DNA from: an uncultured Ohtaekwangia sp.
Lineage (GTDB): Bacteria; Bacteroidota; Bacteroidia; Cytophagales; Cyclobacteriaceae
Direction: 5' to 3'
NCBI GenBank assembly: GCA_964540915.1
Contig: CAZIOY010000003.1
Span: 38,440 to 102,439, forward strand
Length of the DNA stretch: 64,000 nucleotides
Shown here: positions 39,833 through 49,094 of the stretch, piece by piece
Layout: each line of letters starts with the position of its first letter
How positions within the stretch are numbered: position 1 is the stretch's first letter
The notes under the pieces: model-generated
What the model was told of the DNA's origin: nothing
Database searches by the model: none
Seen by the model: only the letters and a program-made list of their open reading frames with translations
Program-made: the position numbers and the translations under genes

Positions 39833-41200
39833 ATGGAATTTCTCATTGTCATTGTTTTTGTTCTCGGTTACATTCTTATTGCCGTGGAACATCCCATTAA
39901 AATAAATAAGACAGCTACAGCGTTAGTCACTGGCGTTCTCTGCTGGACTTTATTTGTTATTTCAGCGCCCCCAGAAACGCTGCTTCATAGTGAACAATAC
40001 ACAAGTTTTATCAATGAACTTAAGTCTCATGCTAAGGACTTTGCACAGTTGACAGCGGGCGAGATCCATACTGAATATGTGGTTGAATCGCTCGGTCATC
40101 ACCTAAATGAAATCGCTCAGATTCTTTTCTTTTTAATGGGTGCGATGACCATTGTAGAATTGGTGGATGCTCATCATGGATTTAGATTTATAACGGACCG
40201 TATTAATACAAAAAATCCAAAGAAGCTTCTTTGGATCGTATGCTGGGTAACATTCTTCCTGTCTGCCGCCCTGGATAACCTTACTACCACCATTGTTATG
40301 ATTTCTTTTATACGCAAACTCATTCCAAACAAAGAAATGAGATTATTTTTTGCGGGAATGATCATCATTGCCGCAAATGCGGGAGGTGCATGGTCTCCTA
40401 TTGGAGACGTAACCACAACGATGTTATGGATCGGTGGCCAGATCTCGGCATCTGAAATAATAAAATCTATCTTTATCCCGAGTATCGTGTGTATGCTTGT
40501 TCCATTGATTTACTTAAACTTTACGTTGAAAGGAAGTTTAGGTTCCGATGAGGTAAAGGATGGAGCTGATCATAACCATGTCACAAGCGGTAACCTGATG
40601 TTATTTCTTGGCCTTGTTGCTTTAATTTCTGTTCCCATATTTAAAACAACAACGCATCTTCCACCCTACTTAGGTATGATGCTTGGACTTGGTGTACTCT
40701 GGATTGTATCCGAACTTATTAATCCGGATTTGGATGAGGCAGTTAGAAAACAGTATACGGCAGCCCATGCTCTAGGTCGTATCGACATGTCAAGTGTTTT
40801 GTTCTTTCTAGGCATTTTGTTGGCTGTGGGTGCTCTTCAATCTATGTCTACGCTCGGTAAATTCGCAGAGTATCTTAATGTGGAAATAGGTGATAATCGG
40901 ATTATCATTACATTGATTGGAGCGCTCTCTTCTATTGTTGATAACGTACCTCTTGTGGCCGCGAGCATGGGTATGTATAGCCTGGAAACTTATCCTATGG
41001 ATCACATGATCTGGGAATATCTGGCATATTGTGCCGGTACAGGAGGTAGTATGTTAGTGATTGGCTCTGCAGCGGGAGTTGCCGCCATGGGTATGGAGAA
41101 AATAGAGTTTATCTGGTACCTGAAAAGAATAAGTCTTCTCGCAGCATTCGGATACCTTGCAGGCGCAATTGCCTATTTGATTATTCATGCCATGGCCTAA
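39833..41200 (+). CDS. nhaD: Na+/H+ antiporter, NhaD family (ArsB/NhaD permease superfamily)
   Basis: 455 aa with about 12 TM. FFLSAALDNLTTTIVM and SSIVDNVPLVAA segments are typical of NhaD-type antiporters. Assignment by motif recall only. Confidence 0.75.
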   Translation: MEFLIVIVFVLGYILIAVEHPIKINKTATALVTGVLCWTLFVISAPPETLLHSEQYTSFINELKSHAKDFAQLTAGEIHTEYVVESLGHHLNEIAQILFFLMGAMTIVELVDAHHGFRFITDRINTKNPKKLLWIVCWVTFFLSAALDNLTTTIVMISFIRKLIPNKEMRLFFAGMIIIAANAGGAWSPIGDVTTTMLWIGGQISASEIIKSIFIPSIVCMLVPLIYLNFTLKGSLGSDEVKDGADHNHVTSGNLMLFLGLVALISVPIFKTTTHLPPYLGMMLGLGVLWIVSELINPDLDEAVRKQYTAAHALGRIDMSSVLFFLGILLAVGALQSMSTLGKFAEYLNVEIGDNRIIITLIGALSSIVDNVPLVAASMGMYSLETYPMDHMIWEYLAYCAGTGGSMLVIGSAAGVAAMGMEKIEFIWYLKRISLLAAFGYLAGAIAYLIIHAMA

Positions 41201-41368
41201 AGTAAACGGCTTTTTAAAGACATGGTCAACGGCAAGTAATTAGAAAATAAAAATCCCACGAATCTTGCGATTCAATGGGACTTAACCAAGCAGATTAAAC
41301 TTGCTAAACCTGAAATTGACTTATGAAGATAATCTTTCCAAATGGAATCTTCATTTTAACAAAGTGGT

Positions 41369-41385
41369 TTTAATCGAATTCTAAT
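41369..41385 (+). promoter_or_regulatory. 17-nt box TTTAATCGAATTCTAAT (copy 2), candidate autoregulatory site upstream of the response regulator
   Basis: Exact repeat of 39288-39304. It ends 23 nt before the -7 box at 41409-41416. Confidence 0.4.
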
Positions 41386-41408
41386 GCTAACTTCACATCA
41401 TAGCAATT

Positions 41409-41416
41409 TACTTTTG
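41409..41416 (+). promoter_or_regulatory. putative -7 promoter element (TACTTTTG) for the two-component operon
   Basis: Exact TAnnTTTG ending 4 nt before the ATG at 41421. This implies a very short or absent leader. Confidence 0.4.
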
Positions 41417-41420
41417 GTAG

Positions 41421-42098
41421 ATGAAAATTCTGTTGATCGAGGATGAAAAGAAGACCATTCAATTTTTGAAGAAAGGTCTGGAGGAGAATGGATATGGGGT
41501 TGACGCTGCAGAGGATGGCGTGTCAGGAAAATATCTTGCGTTTCGTAATCAGTATAATCTGATCATAACAGATGTAATCATGCCGGGTCTTACCGGTCAT
41601 GAGCTGTGTCGCGAATTGAGGGCCGGTAAAATTGAAACACCTATTTTAATGCTTACGGCTCTGGGGGATACCGATGATGTAGTGGTGGGATTGGACAGCG
41701 GAGCGGATGATTACCTGGCAAAGCCGTTTGAATTTCGAGAGTTGTTGGCACGAATCCGTTCGCTCACCAAGCGTCAACCAAAATATCCGGTCGATGATAA
41801 TTATTTGCGCATTGCGGATCTGATTCTTGACCTGAATAAAAAGATTGTGGTGCGTGCAGGCAAGCAGATTGAACTTACATCAAAAGAGTTTGCCCTATTG
41901 GAATATTTTCTTCGCAATCAGGGCAAGGTAATTCCGCGCGCAGAACTATCGAAGAATGTCTGGAATGTAGATTTTGATACAGGCACCAATATGGTGGAGG
42001 TATATGTGAACTACCTTCGGAAAAAGATTGACCGTGATTTTGATAAGAAATTAATTCACACACAATTTGGAATGGGCTATATCTTAAAAGAAGAATAA
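41421..42098 (+). CDS. OmpR/PhoB-family response regulator (receiver plus winged-helix DNA-binding domain)
   Basis: MKILLIEDE, phospho-acceptor region LIITDVIMPG, LTALG, KPF. C-terminal Trans_reg_C (LTSKEFALLEYFLRNQG...VYVNYLRKKI). Confidence 0.9.
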   Translation: MKILLIEDEKKTIQFLKKGLEENGYGVDAAEDGVSGKYLAFRNQYNLIITDVIMPGLTGHELCRELRAGKIETPILMLTALGDTDDVVVGLDSGADDYLAKPFEFRELLARIRSLTKRQPKYPVDDNYLRIADLILDLNKKIVVRAGKQIELTSKEFALLEYFLRNQGKVIPRAELSKNVWNVDFDTGTNMVEVYVNYLRKKIDRDFDKKLIHTQFGMGYILKEE

Positions 42099-42103
42099 GT
42101 GCT

Positions 42104-43471
42104 GTGCAGATACGAACCCGGCTTACCCTGCAGTTTACTATTCTTGTGAGCACCATTATTTTGATGGCTTTCATGTCCATCTATTTTTTTACCGCCCAGT
42201 TTTCTGAACGGGAGTTCTACCGAAGGTTAAAGGAAAAGGCAATTACATCGGCTATCCTGCTTATCAAAGTTGAAGGTGTGGACTCGGCATTGCTTCAGGT
42301 TATCGACCGCGCCAAGCGCGATAATTTATACAAAGAAACCATTCGGATTTATGATCATGAGAACAAAGAGATATACTTCAGTGGAGATACAACGAAGTTT
42401 TTGAATCCGGGATCATTCCTGAGTGTGAGAAAAGTGGGCGAGGTGCGCACAGAGAAGAATGACTTTGACGTGATGGGGGTTTTGTTCCGGGACAAAGGTT
42501 TTGATTATGTGGTGGTAGCGGCTGCGGTAGATATCAATGGGTCAGCCAGGTTGTCGGATTTGCAAGCATTGTTAACAGTTGCTTACCTGATTTTAACTGC
42601 CGTAGTATTTATTTCTGGTTGGATATATTCCGGACGGGCCCTTCGTCCGATCAAGCGAATTATGGATGAGGTAAAAGGCATCTCTCCACAAAATCTGGAT
42701 CAGCGGTTGAAAGAAAGCCCCTATGAAGACGAGATGGGTAAGTTGATTTTAATATTCAATGAATTATTGGGGCGCATCGCAAAAGCATTTCAGCTGCAGA
42801 AAATGTTTGTTTCAAATGTTTCGCATGAACTAAAAAATCCACTTACCAATATTACCTCTCAATTGGAGGTAACACTTTTAAAAGAACGATCAAAGGAAGA
42901 GTACCATCAAACCATTGAATCGGTGCTGGAAGATATCCGGGGATTAAATCAATTATCTAACAGTTTGCTCGAGTTAGCCAGGCTTACACGGGAGCAGGAT
43001 TCTTTCACGATGACCAGGGTACGATTGGATGAAATTATCTGGGACGTGCGCGACTTTGTGAACAGCGTTGACCCAGGGTATCGGGTAGAGGTAGGTATTC
43101 ACGAAATGCCCGAAGATGAAAACAAACTCATCGTGTTGGGAAATCCTTACCTGCTAAAAATTGCCTTTCAAAACATAGTTGAAAATGCCTGCAAGTTCTC
43201 ACCGGATAAAGCGGCAAAAGTTACCTTGACCTTAGTAAAAAATGAGTTAGTGGTGGAGGTTTCAGATCAGGGGCCGGGCATTGAAAAGAAGGACTTAAAC
43301 AATGTATTCGAACCATTTTTTAGAACTGATGCAACTTCAAAAATAAAAGGATATGGTATCGGATTGCCCTTAAGTCACCGCATCCTATCTATCCACAAAG
43401 GGCGCATTGAACTGGACTCTTCTCCCGGAAAAGGCACAGTTGTAAGAGTGGTGTTAGCAGCTTCAAAATGA
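42104..43471 (+). CDS. sensor histidine kinase (2 TM, HAMP, HisKA, HATPase_c)
   Basis: GTG start 5 nt after the RR stop. H-box SNVSHELKNPL, N-box QNIVENACKF, G-boxes DQGPGI, GYGIGL. Confidence 0.9.
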   Translation: MQIRTRLTLQFTILVSTIILMAFMSIYFFTAQFSEREFYRRLKEKAITSAILLIKVEGVDSALLQVIDRAKRDNLYKETIRIYDHENKEIYFSGDTTKFLNPGSFLSVRKVGEVRTEKNDFDVMGVLFRDKGFDYVVVAAAVDINGSARLSDLQALLTVAYLILTAVVFISGWIYSGRALRPIKRIMDEVKGISPQNLDQRLKESPYEDEMGKLILIFNELLGRIAKAFQLQKMFVSNVSHELKNPLTNITSQLEVTLLKERSKEEYHQTIESVLEDIRGLNQLSNSLLELARLTREQDSFTMTRVRLDEIIWDVRDFVNSVDPGYRVEVGIHEMPEDENKLIVLGNPYLLKIAFQNIVENACKFSPDKAAKVTLTLVKNELVVEVSDQGPGIEKKDLNNVFEPFFRTDATSKIKGYGIGLPLSHRILSIHKGRIELDSSPGKGTVVRVVLAASK

Positions 43472-43489
43472 TTCTAATTTCTTTCTAAT
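43472..43489 (+). repeat. direct repeat TTCTAAT-N4-TTCTAAT (11-nt phasing), related to the 17-nt box
   Basis: TTCTAAT at 43472-43478 and 43483-43489, immediately after the kinase stop. The second unit continues as TAATCG, as in the 17-nt box. Confidence 0.3.
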
Positions 43490-43620
43490 CGTTTTATGGG
43501 TGAGAGTGCCCCGCACCCGATTACATTTGAAACAGTTTCTTGGTTATTTGAGTTTAGATTTTTGTTTTTCAGGTTGAATCAGAAGGATTTTAATTTTTTG
43601 AATTTTTAAAATCTTTCGAA

Positions 43621-43650
43621 TAAAAAATGGGGCTTTAAGCCCCATTTTTT
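43621..43650. terminator. bidirectional rho-independent terminator (kinase operon / gldH)
   Basis: ATGGGGC-TTTAA-GCCCCAT stem flanked by an A-run (5') and a T-run (3'). It sits between convergent genes. Confidence 0.8.
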
Positions 43651-44122
43651 ATTTCGCTCTAAATGTTTCGATCCGCGCACCCACTGCCAAAATTCCAAGC
43701 AACGTATCTTGCCTGTTATATTGCTCAATCGTGAGATGGTATTTCCCCGGGTAATCGAAAACGTGTTTTTCTATTATCAAAAACTGATGGTCAAACACAT
43801 CACCAACACCACTTTGCCCAAGTGGTTTTCCTGTTTTTTGATCAAATAAAAACTGCGATTTCAGTTTTTTATCGATCTGCAATCCGGCTGAATCTGAGAG
43901 GGTATACTGAATAAATAATCTTGCGTAGGGATATTCCAACGAATTACGAATGTTGTAATAAATGGTATATGGCTTTGAAGAATCTTCAACCTTGAAATCA
44001 AAGGTGACTGGTTCATCAATTCTCCAGTATCGGTTTTCAAGAGTGACATTTTGTTCAAACAATCGGTCTGAATCGCAAGAGAAAAGAAGACACAATAAAA
44101 AAATAATGACTGTGTTCCTCAT
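43649..44122 (-). CDS. gldH: gliding motility lipoprotein GldH
   Basis: 157 aa. Lipobox LLFSC. Its size and its position right after a PSP1-domain gene (ATGA overlap) match the conserved Bacteroidetes arrangement. Sequence recognised by recall only. Confidence 0.75.
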   Translation of the reverse strand: MRNTVIIFLLCLLFSCDSDRLFEQNVTLENRYWRIDEPVTFDFKVEDSSKPYTIYYNIRNSLEYPYARLFIQYTLSDSAGLQIDKKLKSQFLFDQKTGKPLGQSGVGDVFDHQFLIIEKHVFDYPGKYHLTIEQYNRQDTLLGILAVGARIETFRAK

Positions 44123-45303
44123 TCTTTGCGTGGTCCTTTTGGATTATTTCTTGTGGGTGGAGTTTTTCCTGACGGGTTCTGTGCCTGCCTGTCATTTCCA
44201 CGGCTGCGATTCTTTTTCTTTTTCTTCGACTTGGTCTGGAATTTCTTGTCCATACTTTCCAGGTCGCTATTGAGCTTGGAGAAAGGAACTTTCGCTTCTT
44301 CCTGATTTATTTCCAAACTGGCTGGCTTTTTTCCGGCCCGGTTCATCTCCAGTATTTCGTTTACTCTTTCAATACGCAATGGATACCAGTTGTTATCTTC
44401 TTTATAACCGAACCACATGATCCTTCTGAAAATATCCGTCTTCTGAAGACGCGCTTCTCCTTGTTCAGTTAATAATGGAACCTCTATTTCCGGAATATCT
44501 TTCAATGCCTCCATGTAGGTTTCCAGTTCATAATTGAGGCAGCATTTTAACCGGCCACATTGCCCCGAAAGCTTGCTTGGATTAAGCGAAAGATTTTGAT
44601 AACGGGCAGCACTGGTGGCAACATTTTTGAAATCACTCAGCCAGGTTGAACAGCAGAGTTCGCGGCCACACACGCCAATGCCACCTAAGCGACCGGCTTC
44701 TTGCCGCAGGCTAATCTGTCGCATTTCTACCCGCACTTTAAATTCGGTTGCCAGTAACTTAATTAGTTCACGAAAGTCTACGCGATCCTCGGCAGAATAG
44801 AAGAAAGTTGCTTTGGTATTGTCGGCCTGATATTCCACATCCGACAATTTCATGTTTAGATTTAATTGCCTGATGATTTCGCGTGCGCGAAACAGTGTTG
44901 GAAGATCACGTTTTTGTATGTCCTGGAATTTTTCTAAATCTTTTTGAGTGGCCAGCCGATAGATTTTTTTGATCTCGTCATCATTGGCAACTTTCTTTTT
45001 TTGCATTTGCAGCCTCACCAGTTCTCCCTGCATGGATATGTGACCGAGGTGATGGCCGGTAGCGGCTTCAATGATAACTGCATCGCCCGTAGTGAGCGAT
45101 AGCGAGTCAGTGTTGCGATAAAAATCTTTCCGTCCGTTTTTAAAGCGCACTTCTACAACAGAAAAGCGACTCTGTACCGGCATGTCCATGTTAGATAGCC
45201 AGTCAAATACGTTCATTTTATTGCAACCACCCGTTTCGCAGGCACCATTGTTATTACAACCGGATACCTTTCCGTCTTTCTTTGTTCCGCATGCACAACC
45301 CAT
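44119..45303 (-). CDS. PSP1 domain protein (RicT/YaaT-like) with Cys-rich N-terminus and Lys/Arg-rich tail
   Basis: N-terminal CxCG...C...C cluster, PSP1 core (VVEVRFKNGRKDFY...), a Cys-rich region CGRELCCSTWL...CGRLKCCLNYE, and a basic C-terminal tail. Confidence 0.85.
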   Translation of the reverse strand: MGCACGTKKDGKVSGCNNNGACETGGCNKMNVFDWLSNMDMPVQSRFSVVEVRFKNGRKDFYRNTDSLSLTTGDAVIIEAATGHHLGHISMQGELVRLQMQKKKVANDDEIKKIYRLATQKDLEKFQDIQKRDLPTLFRAREIIRQLNLNMKLSDVEYQADNTKATFFYSAEDRVDFRELIKLLATEFKVRVEMRQISLRQEAGRLGGIGVCGRELCCSTWLSDFKNVATSAARYQNLSLNPSKLSGQCGRLKCCLNYELETYMEALKDIPEIEVPLLTEQGEARLQKTDIFRRIMWFGYKEDNNWYPLRIERVNEILEMNRAGKKPASLEINQEEAKVPFSKLNSDLESMDKKFQTKSKKKKKNRSRGNDRQAQNPSGKTPPTRNNPKGPRKE

Positions 45304-45368
45304 CCCGAGTATTATTAGAATTTAAACCTTAAAGTTATAAGGTTAAGGTTGTTTTGACAAGCGTGGTT

Positions 45369-46667
45369 TTAGCCTTGGTTGGCAGATTCAAGTCTCAAAA
45401 GATCTTGCCCTATGTCTTTGCGGTAATAAATGCCATCCCATTCAATGGTCGAGGCAAGACCATAGGCGTTTTTCACCGCATCAGTGAGGGTGCTTCCTGT
45501 TCCTGTTGCCGTCATTACGCGGCCGCCATTGGTTACGATGTTTTTATCCTGTGTTTTTGTGCCTGCATGAAACAAGGTGCTTTGCCGGTCTGTCGAAGCC
45601 CCGCTTATTACTTTTCCTTTTTCAAACGCATCAGGATATCCACCCGAGGCTAACACCACCGTTACAGCGACCTCATTACGAATAGAGATTTTTTTGCCCT
45701 TCAAATCACCTTTTGCTGCGGCTACCAGTAACTCCACCAGGTCGCTCTCAATTCGCGGTAGCACCACTTCCGTTTCCGGGTCGCCCATGCGTGCATTGTA
45801 TTCTATCACGAACGGCTCTCCTTTCACGTTCATGAGACCTACGAAGATGAATCCCCTGTAGGAAATGCCTTCCTTCCTCAATCCTTCCACCGTGGGTTTG
45901 ATCACCTTCTCTTCCACTTTTTTCATGAATGAGCTATCCGCGAATATAACGGGTGATACAGCACCCATACCTCCCGTGTTGGGCCCGGTGTCTCCATCAC
46001 CAATGCGTTTGTAGTCTTTAGCTTCCGGAAGTATTACATAGTTCTCGCCATCGGTCAGGACAAATACAGAAACCTCAATGCCATCGAGGAATTCTTCAAC
46101 CAACACTTTGGCGCTGGCATCTCCAAATTTCTTTTGGTCCAGCATTTCGGTTATTTCCTGTTTGGCCTCCTCAACGGATGAACTAATGATTACACCCTTG
46201 CCTGCGGCCAATCCATCGGCTTTTAACACAATAGGAGGGGTGCAGGTCTCAAGGTATTGGATTGCTGCTTTCGTTTCATGCGAATGAAAGGTGCGCGCTT
46301 TAGCAGTTGGCACATGGTGCCTGAGCATGAACTGTTTTGAAAAATCCTTACTTCCTTCAAGTTGTGCGCCTTCTTTACCGGGCCCCACCATGAGTATCTG
46401 ATTTAACGAAGCATCGGCTTCGAAGAAGTCGCAAATGCCGGCTACCAGCGGCACTTCAGGCCCAACCAATACGAGGTCAATTTTTTTGGCCAGGCACAAC
46501 GCTTTAAGTTTTTCAAATTCATCAACACCGATGTTGACATTTTCTGCCAGCAAGGATGTGCCGGCATTGCCGGGTGTCACATATAGATTTGTACAAAGAG
46601 GGCTCTGCCTGATTTTCCATGCAAAAGCATGCTCTCTTCCTCCACTGCCAATAATTAAAATATTCAT
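45369..46667 (-). CDS. purD: phosphoribosylamine--glycine ligase
   Basis: MNILIIGSGGREHA, ATP-grasp region, and the GGMGA and EYNARMGDPE motifs. Confidence 0.95.
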   Translation of the reverse strand: MNILIIGSGGREHAFAWKIRQSPLCTNLYVTPGNAGTSLLAENVNIGVDEFEKLKALCLAKKIDLVLVGPEVPLVAGICDFFEADASLNQILMVGPGKEGAQLEGSKDFSKQFMLRHHVPTAKARTFHSHETKAAIQYLETCTPPIVLKADGLAAGKGVIISSSVEEAKQEITEMLDQKKFGDASAKVLVEEFLDGIEVSVFVLTDGENYVILPEAKDYKRIGDGDTGPNTGGMGAVSPVIFADSSFMKKVEEKVIKPTVEGLRKEGISYRGFIFVGLMNVKGEPFVIEYNARMGDPETEVVLPRIESDLVELLVAAAKGDLKGKKISIRNEVAVTVVLASGGYPDAFEKGKVISGASTDRQSTLFHAGTKTQDKNIVTNGGRVMTATGTGSTLTDAVKNAYGLASTIEWDGIYYRKDIGQDLLRLESANQG

Positions 46668-46765
46668 ATCCGGATTCTATCTAAAGGATCAAAGATACTA
46701 TTACGCTCTAATAATTTTCCAAATGAGGAAGTATTTGAAAATCGGCACGGGCGGCAGGGTTACAT

Positions 46766-46796
46766 GAAAATAGCCACGGATTGTACCGTGGCTATT
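46766..46796 (-). terminator. rho-independent terminator of recQ
   Basis: AATAGCCACGG-loop-CCGTGGCTATT (11-bp stem). On the minus strand it is followed by TTTT. Confidence 0.6.
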
Positions 46797-46837
46797 GTGT
46801 GTGAAAGTTGGTTTTTGTAAGAGTATCCTATTGCAAC

Positions 46838-49033
46838 TTAATTAGCATATTCACTTAAAAACTTCACGCGCATCAGTCTTAGGTTATCTTCGCTAAAATC
46901 AGGATCTTCATCTTTCAATGCATCGACTGCTTCTTCTAAGCTATCCGTTTCTGATTCGAGAAAGTAATCAAAGATCTGTTGTTGTTTGTCTTCATCCAGC
47001 ACTTCATCGATATAATAATCCAGGTTCAATTTGGTGCCTGAATAACAGATGTTTTCAACTTCAGTAAGCAGTTCATCAAATGAAATATTCTTCGACTCGG
47101 CAATCTCATCCAGATCTACCTTGCGGTCAATTTGCTGAATGATAAAGATCTTTATCTTCGATTTATTAACAGATGATTTTACAACTACATCCGAAGCGGT
47201 TTCAATATCATTCTCGTCCACATAGGTTTGAATCAAATCCAAAAACTCTTTTCCGAACTTGTTCACTTTACCCATGCCTACACCATTTACAGATGCGAGT
47301 TCATCTTTGGTAGTAGGGTAGGTGGTGGCCATCTCTTCCAGCGAAGGATCCTGAAAAATGACATAGGGAGGAAGGTCCTTTTCCTTTGCCATTTTCTTGC
47401 GCAGGTTCTTCAGCAGCTCGAATAACTTCTCATCATACGACTTGGAGTTGATGATCACACGCTCTGAAGATTCCTCATCTTCTACTTCAGTAGAAAATTG
47501 GTGATCGCGGGCGAGTTCTATCGGGTGTGGTTTCTTGAGAAAATCCTTACCTTTTTTAGTGACCTTCAGTACACCTATGTTATCGATATCCTTTTCAAGA
47601 TATTGATATATCAGGGCCTGACGGATTACGGATTTCCAGAAGTCGGCATCTTGCTGATCACCTTTTCCATAAATAGGCAAGTCAAAATGAGCGTAGCTTT
47701 TTACATATTCATCTTCTGTTCCGCGTATTACGTTTACCAGGTGACTTAACGTGAATCGTTCATTGGTTTGCTTCACCGCCTCCAGCGACATCTTCACGTA
47801 CACGGTTCCGTCAAAACGTTCGCGTGGATGCATACAATTGTCGCATGAGCCACAATTTTTTTCTTTGTACTCTTCACCGAAATAATGCAGTAACTGTTTA
47901 CGTCTGCACACGGGTGATTCTGCATAAAACTCCATCTCCTGTAAAAGGACCCGTGCGTTTTCACGTTCCTGCACAGGCTTGTCTTTATTGAATTTCTCCA
48001 GTTTGTTTAAATCATTGTGACTGTAGAACATGAGGCAAACGCCTTCCAGTCCATCGCGCCCGGCACGTCCTGTTTCCTGGTAATATCCTTCCAGTGATTT
48101 TGGCACATCGTAATGGACAACAAATCGAACGTCTGGTTTGTCAATCCCCATTCCAAACGCGATCGTTGCTACAATGATATCAACCTCTTCATTGAGAAAG
48201 TCATCCTGATTTTTCATCCTTACGTCAGGATCAAGACCGGCATGGTAGGGAGCGGCTTTGAATCCATTCACGTTCACGAGCTGTGCAATTTCTTCCACCT
48301 TCTTGCGACTCAGACAATAAATAATCCCTGACTTTCCCTTGTGTTCTTTTAAGAATTTGATGAGTTGTTTTTTCGTCTCTTTTTTAGGACGCACCTCGTA
48401 ATATAAATTCTTGCGATTGAACGAAGAGATGAATACATCAGCTTCTTCCATTTGCAGATTTTTCTGAATATCGATTTGCACTTTTGGCGTAGCGGTTGCC
48501 GTGAGTGCAATCACATTCAGATCTCCCAGCTGGGCAATCATCGTTTTAATTTTTCTGTATTCAGGTCTGAAATCATGGCCCCATTCTGAAATACAGTGCG
48601 CTTCATCAATGGCTACAAATGAAACTTTCACTTTCCGAAGAAATTCAATATTCTCTTCTTTGTTGAGCGACTCAGGGGCTACGTAAAGAAGTTTCACCGC
48701 ACCGGTTATACATTCCTTTTTCAGTCGTGTGATTTCTCCTTTGCTTAGGGTTGAATTTAAAAACCGGGCGTTGATGCCATAGGCATTAAGCTGATCTACC
48801 TGGTTTTTCATTAGGGCTATGAGTGGCGATATGACAATCGCAAGCCCATCTTTGATCATGGCCGGGAGCTGGTAGCATAAAGATTTACCTGCTCCTGTGG
48901 GCATAATTACAAACGTATTTCTGCCACCTAATATATTTTTAATGACTATTTCCTGATTCCCCCTGAAATTCCCATAACCGAATATTTCCTTGAGTTTTGC
49001 CTTCAATTCATCTTTCTCTTCTGCCACCATCAT
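46838..49033 (-). CDS. recQ: ATP-dependent DNA helicase RecQ
   Basis: Helicase motifs (MPTGAGKSLCYQ, DEAH as IDEAHCISEWGHDFR, TATAT), RecQ-Ct zinc finger (CRR...C..CDNC), and a C-terminal HRDC-like region. ATG at 49033; the track start at 49045 is a TTG. Confidence 0.93.
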   Translation of the reverse strand: MMVAEEKDELKAKLKEIFGYGNFRGNQEIVIKNILGGRNTFVIMPTGAGKSLCYQLPAMIKDGLAIVISPLIALMKNQVDQLNAYGINARFLNSTLSKGEITRLKKECITGAVKLLYVAPESLNKEENIEFLRKVKVSFVAIDEAHCISEWGHDFRPEYRKIKTMIAQLGDLNVIALTATATPKVQIDIQKNLQMEEADVFISSFNRKNLYYEVRPKKETKKQLIKFLKEHKGKSGIIYCLSRKKVEEIAQLVNVNGFKAAPYHAGLDPDVRMKNQDDFLNEEVDIIVATIAFGMGIDKPDVRFVVHYDVPKSLEGYYQETGRAGRDGLEGVCLMFYSHNDLNKLEKFNKDKPVQERENARVLLQEMEFYAESPVCRRKQLLHYFGEEYKEKNCGSCDNCMHPRERFDGTVYVKMSLEAVKQTNERFTLSHLVNVIRGTEDEYVKSYAHFDLPIYGKGDQQDADFWKSVIRQALIYQYLEKDIDNIGVLKVTKKGKDFLKKPHPIELARDHQFSTEVEDEESSERVIINSKSYDEKLFELLKNLRKKMAKEKDLPPYVIFQDPSLEEMATTYPTTKDELASVNGVGMGKVNKFGKEFLDLIQTYVDENDIETASDVVVKSSVNKSKIKIFIIQQIDRKVDLDEIAESKNISFDELLTEVENICYSGTKLNLDYYIDEVLDEDKQQQIFDYFLESETDSLEEAVDALKDEDPDFSEDNLRLMRVKFLSEYAN

Positions 49034-49062
49034 GTTCCTGATCAATAAAATTTTGAATTAGT

Positions 49063-49070
49063 TATCTTTG
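49063..49070 (+). promoter_or_regulatory. putative -7 promoter element (TATCTTTG) for kpsF
   Basis: Exact TAnnTTTG, 25 nt upstream of the TTG start at 49095. Confidence 0.4.
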
Positions 49071-49094
49071 TGCTTTCTATAAACGTTATAAGCA

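Noticed and set aside
41254-41280. Hairpin TCCCA-C-GAATC-TTGC-GATTC-AA-TGGGA after nhaD. Its A-run lies on the 5' side, so it looks like a terminator only for a minus-strand transcript. This hints at an antisense small RNA in 41281-41420.
   Set aside because: There is no minus-strand promoter box. Only trivial ORFs (16 aa or less) occur in that interval. It is equally consistent with a T-run-less terminator for nhaD. I judged the evidence too weak to call an RNA gene.
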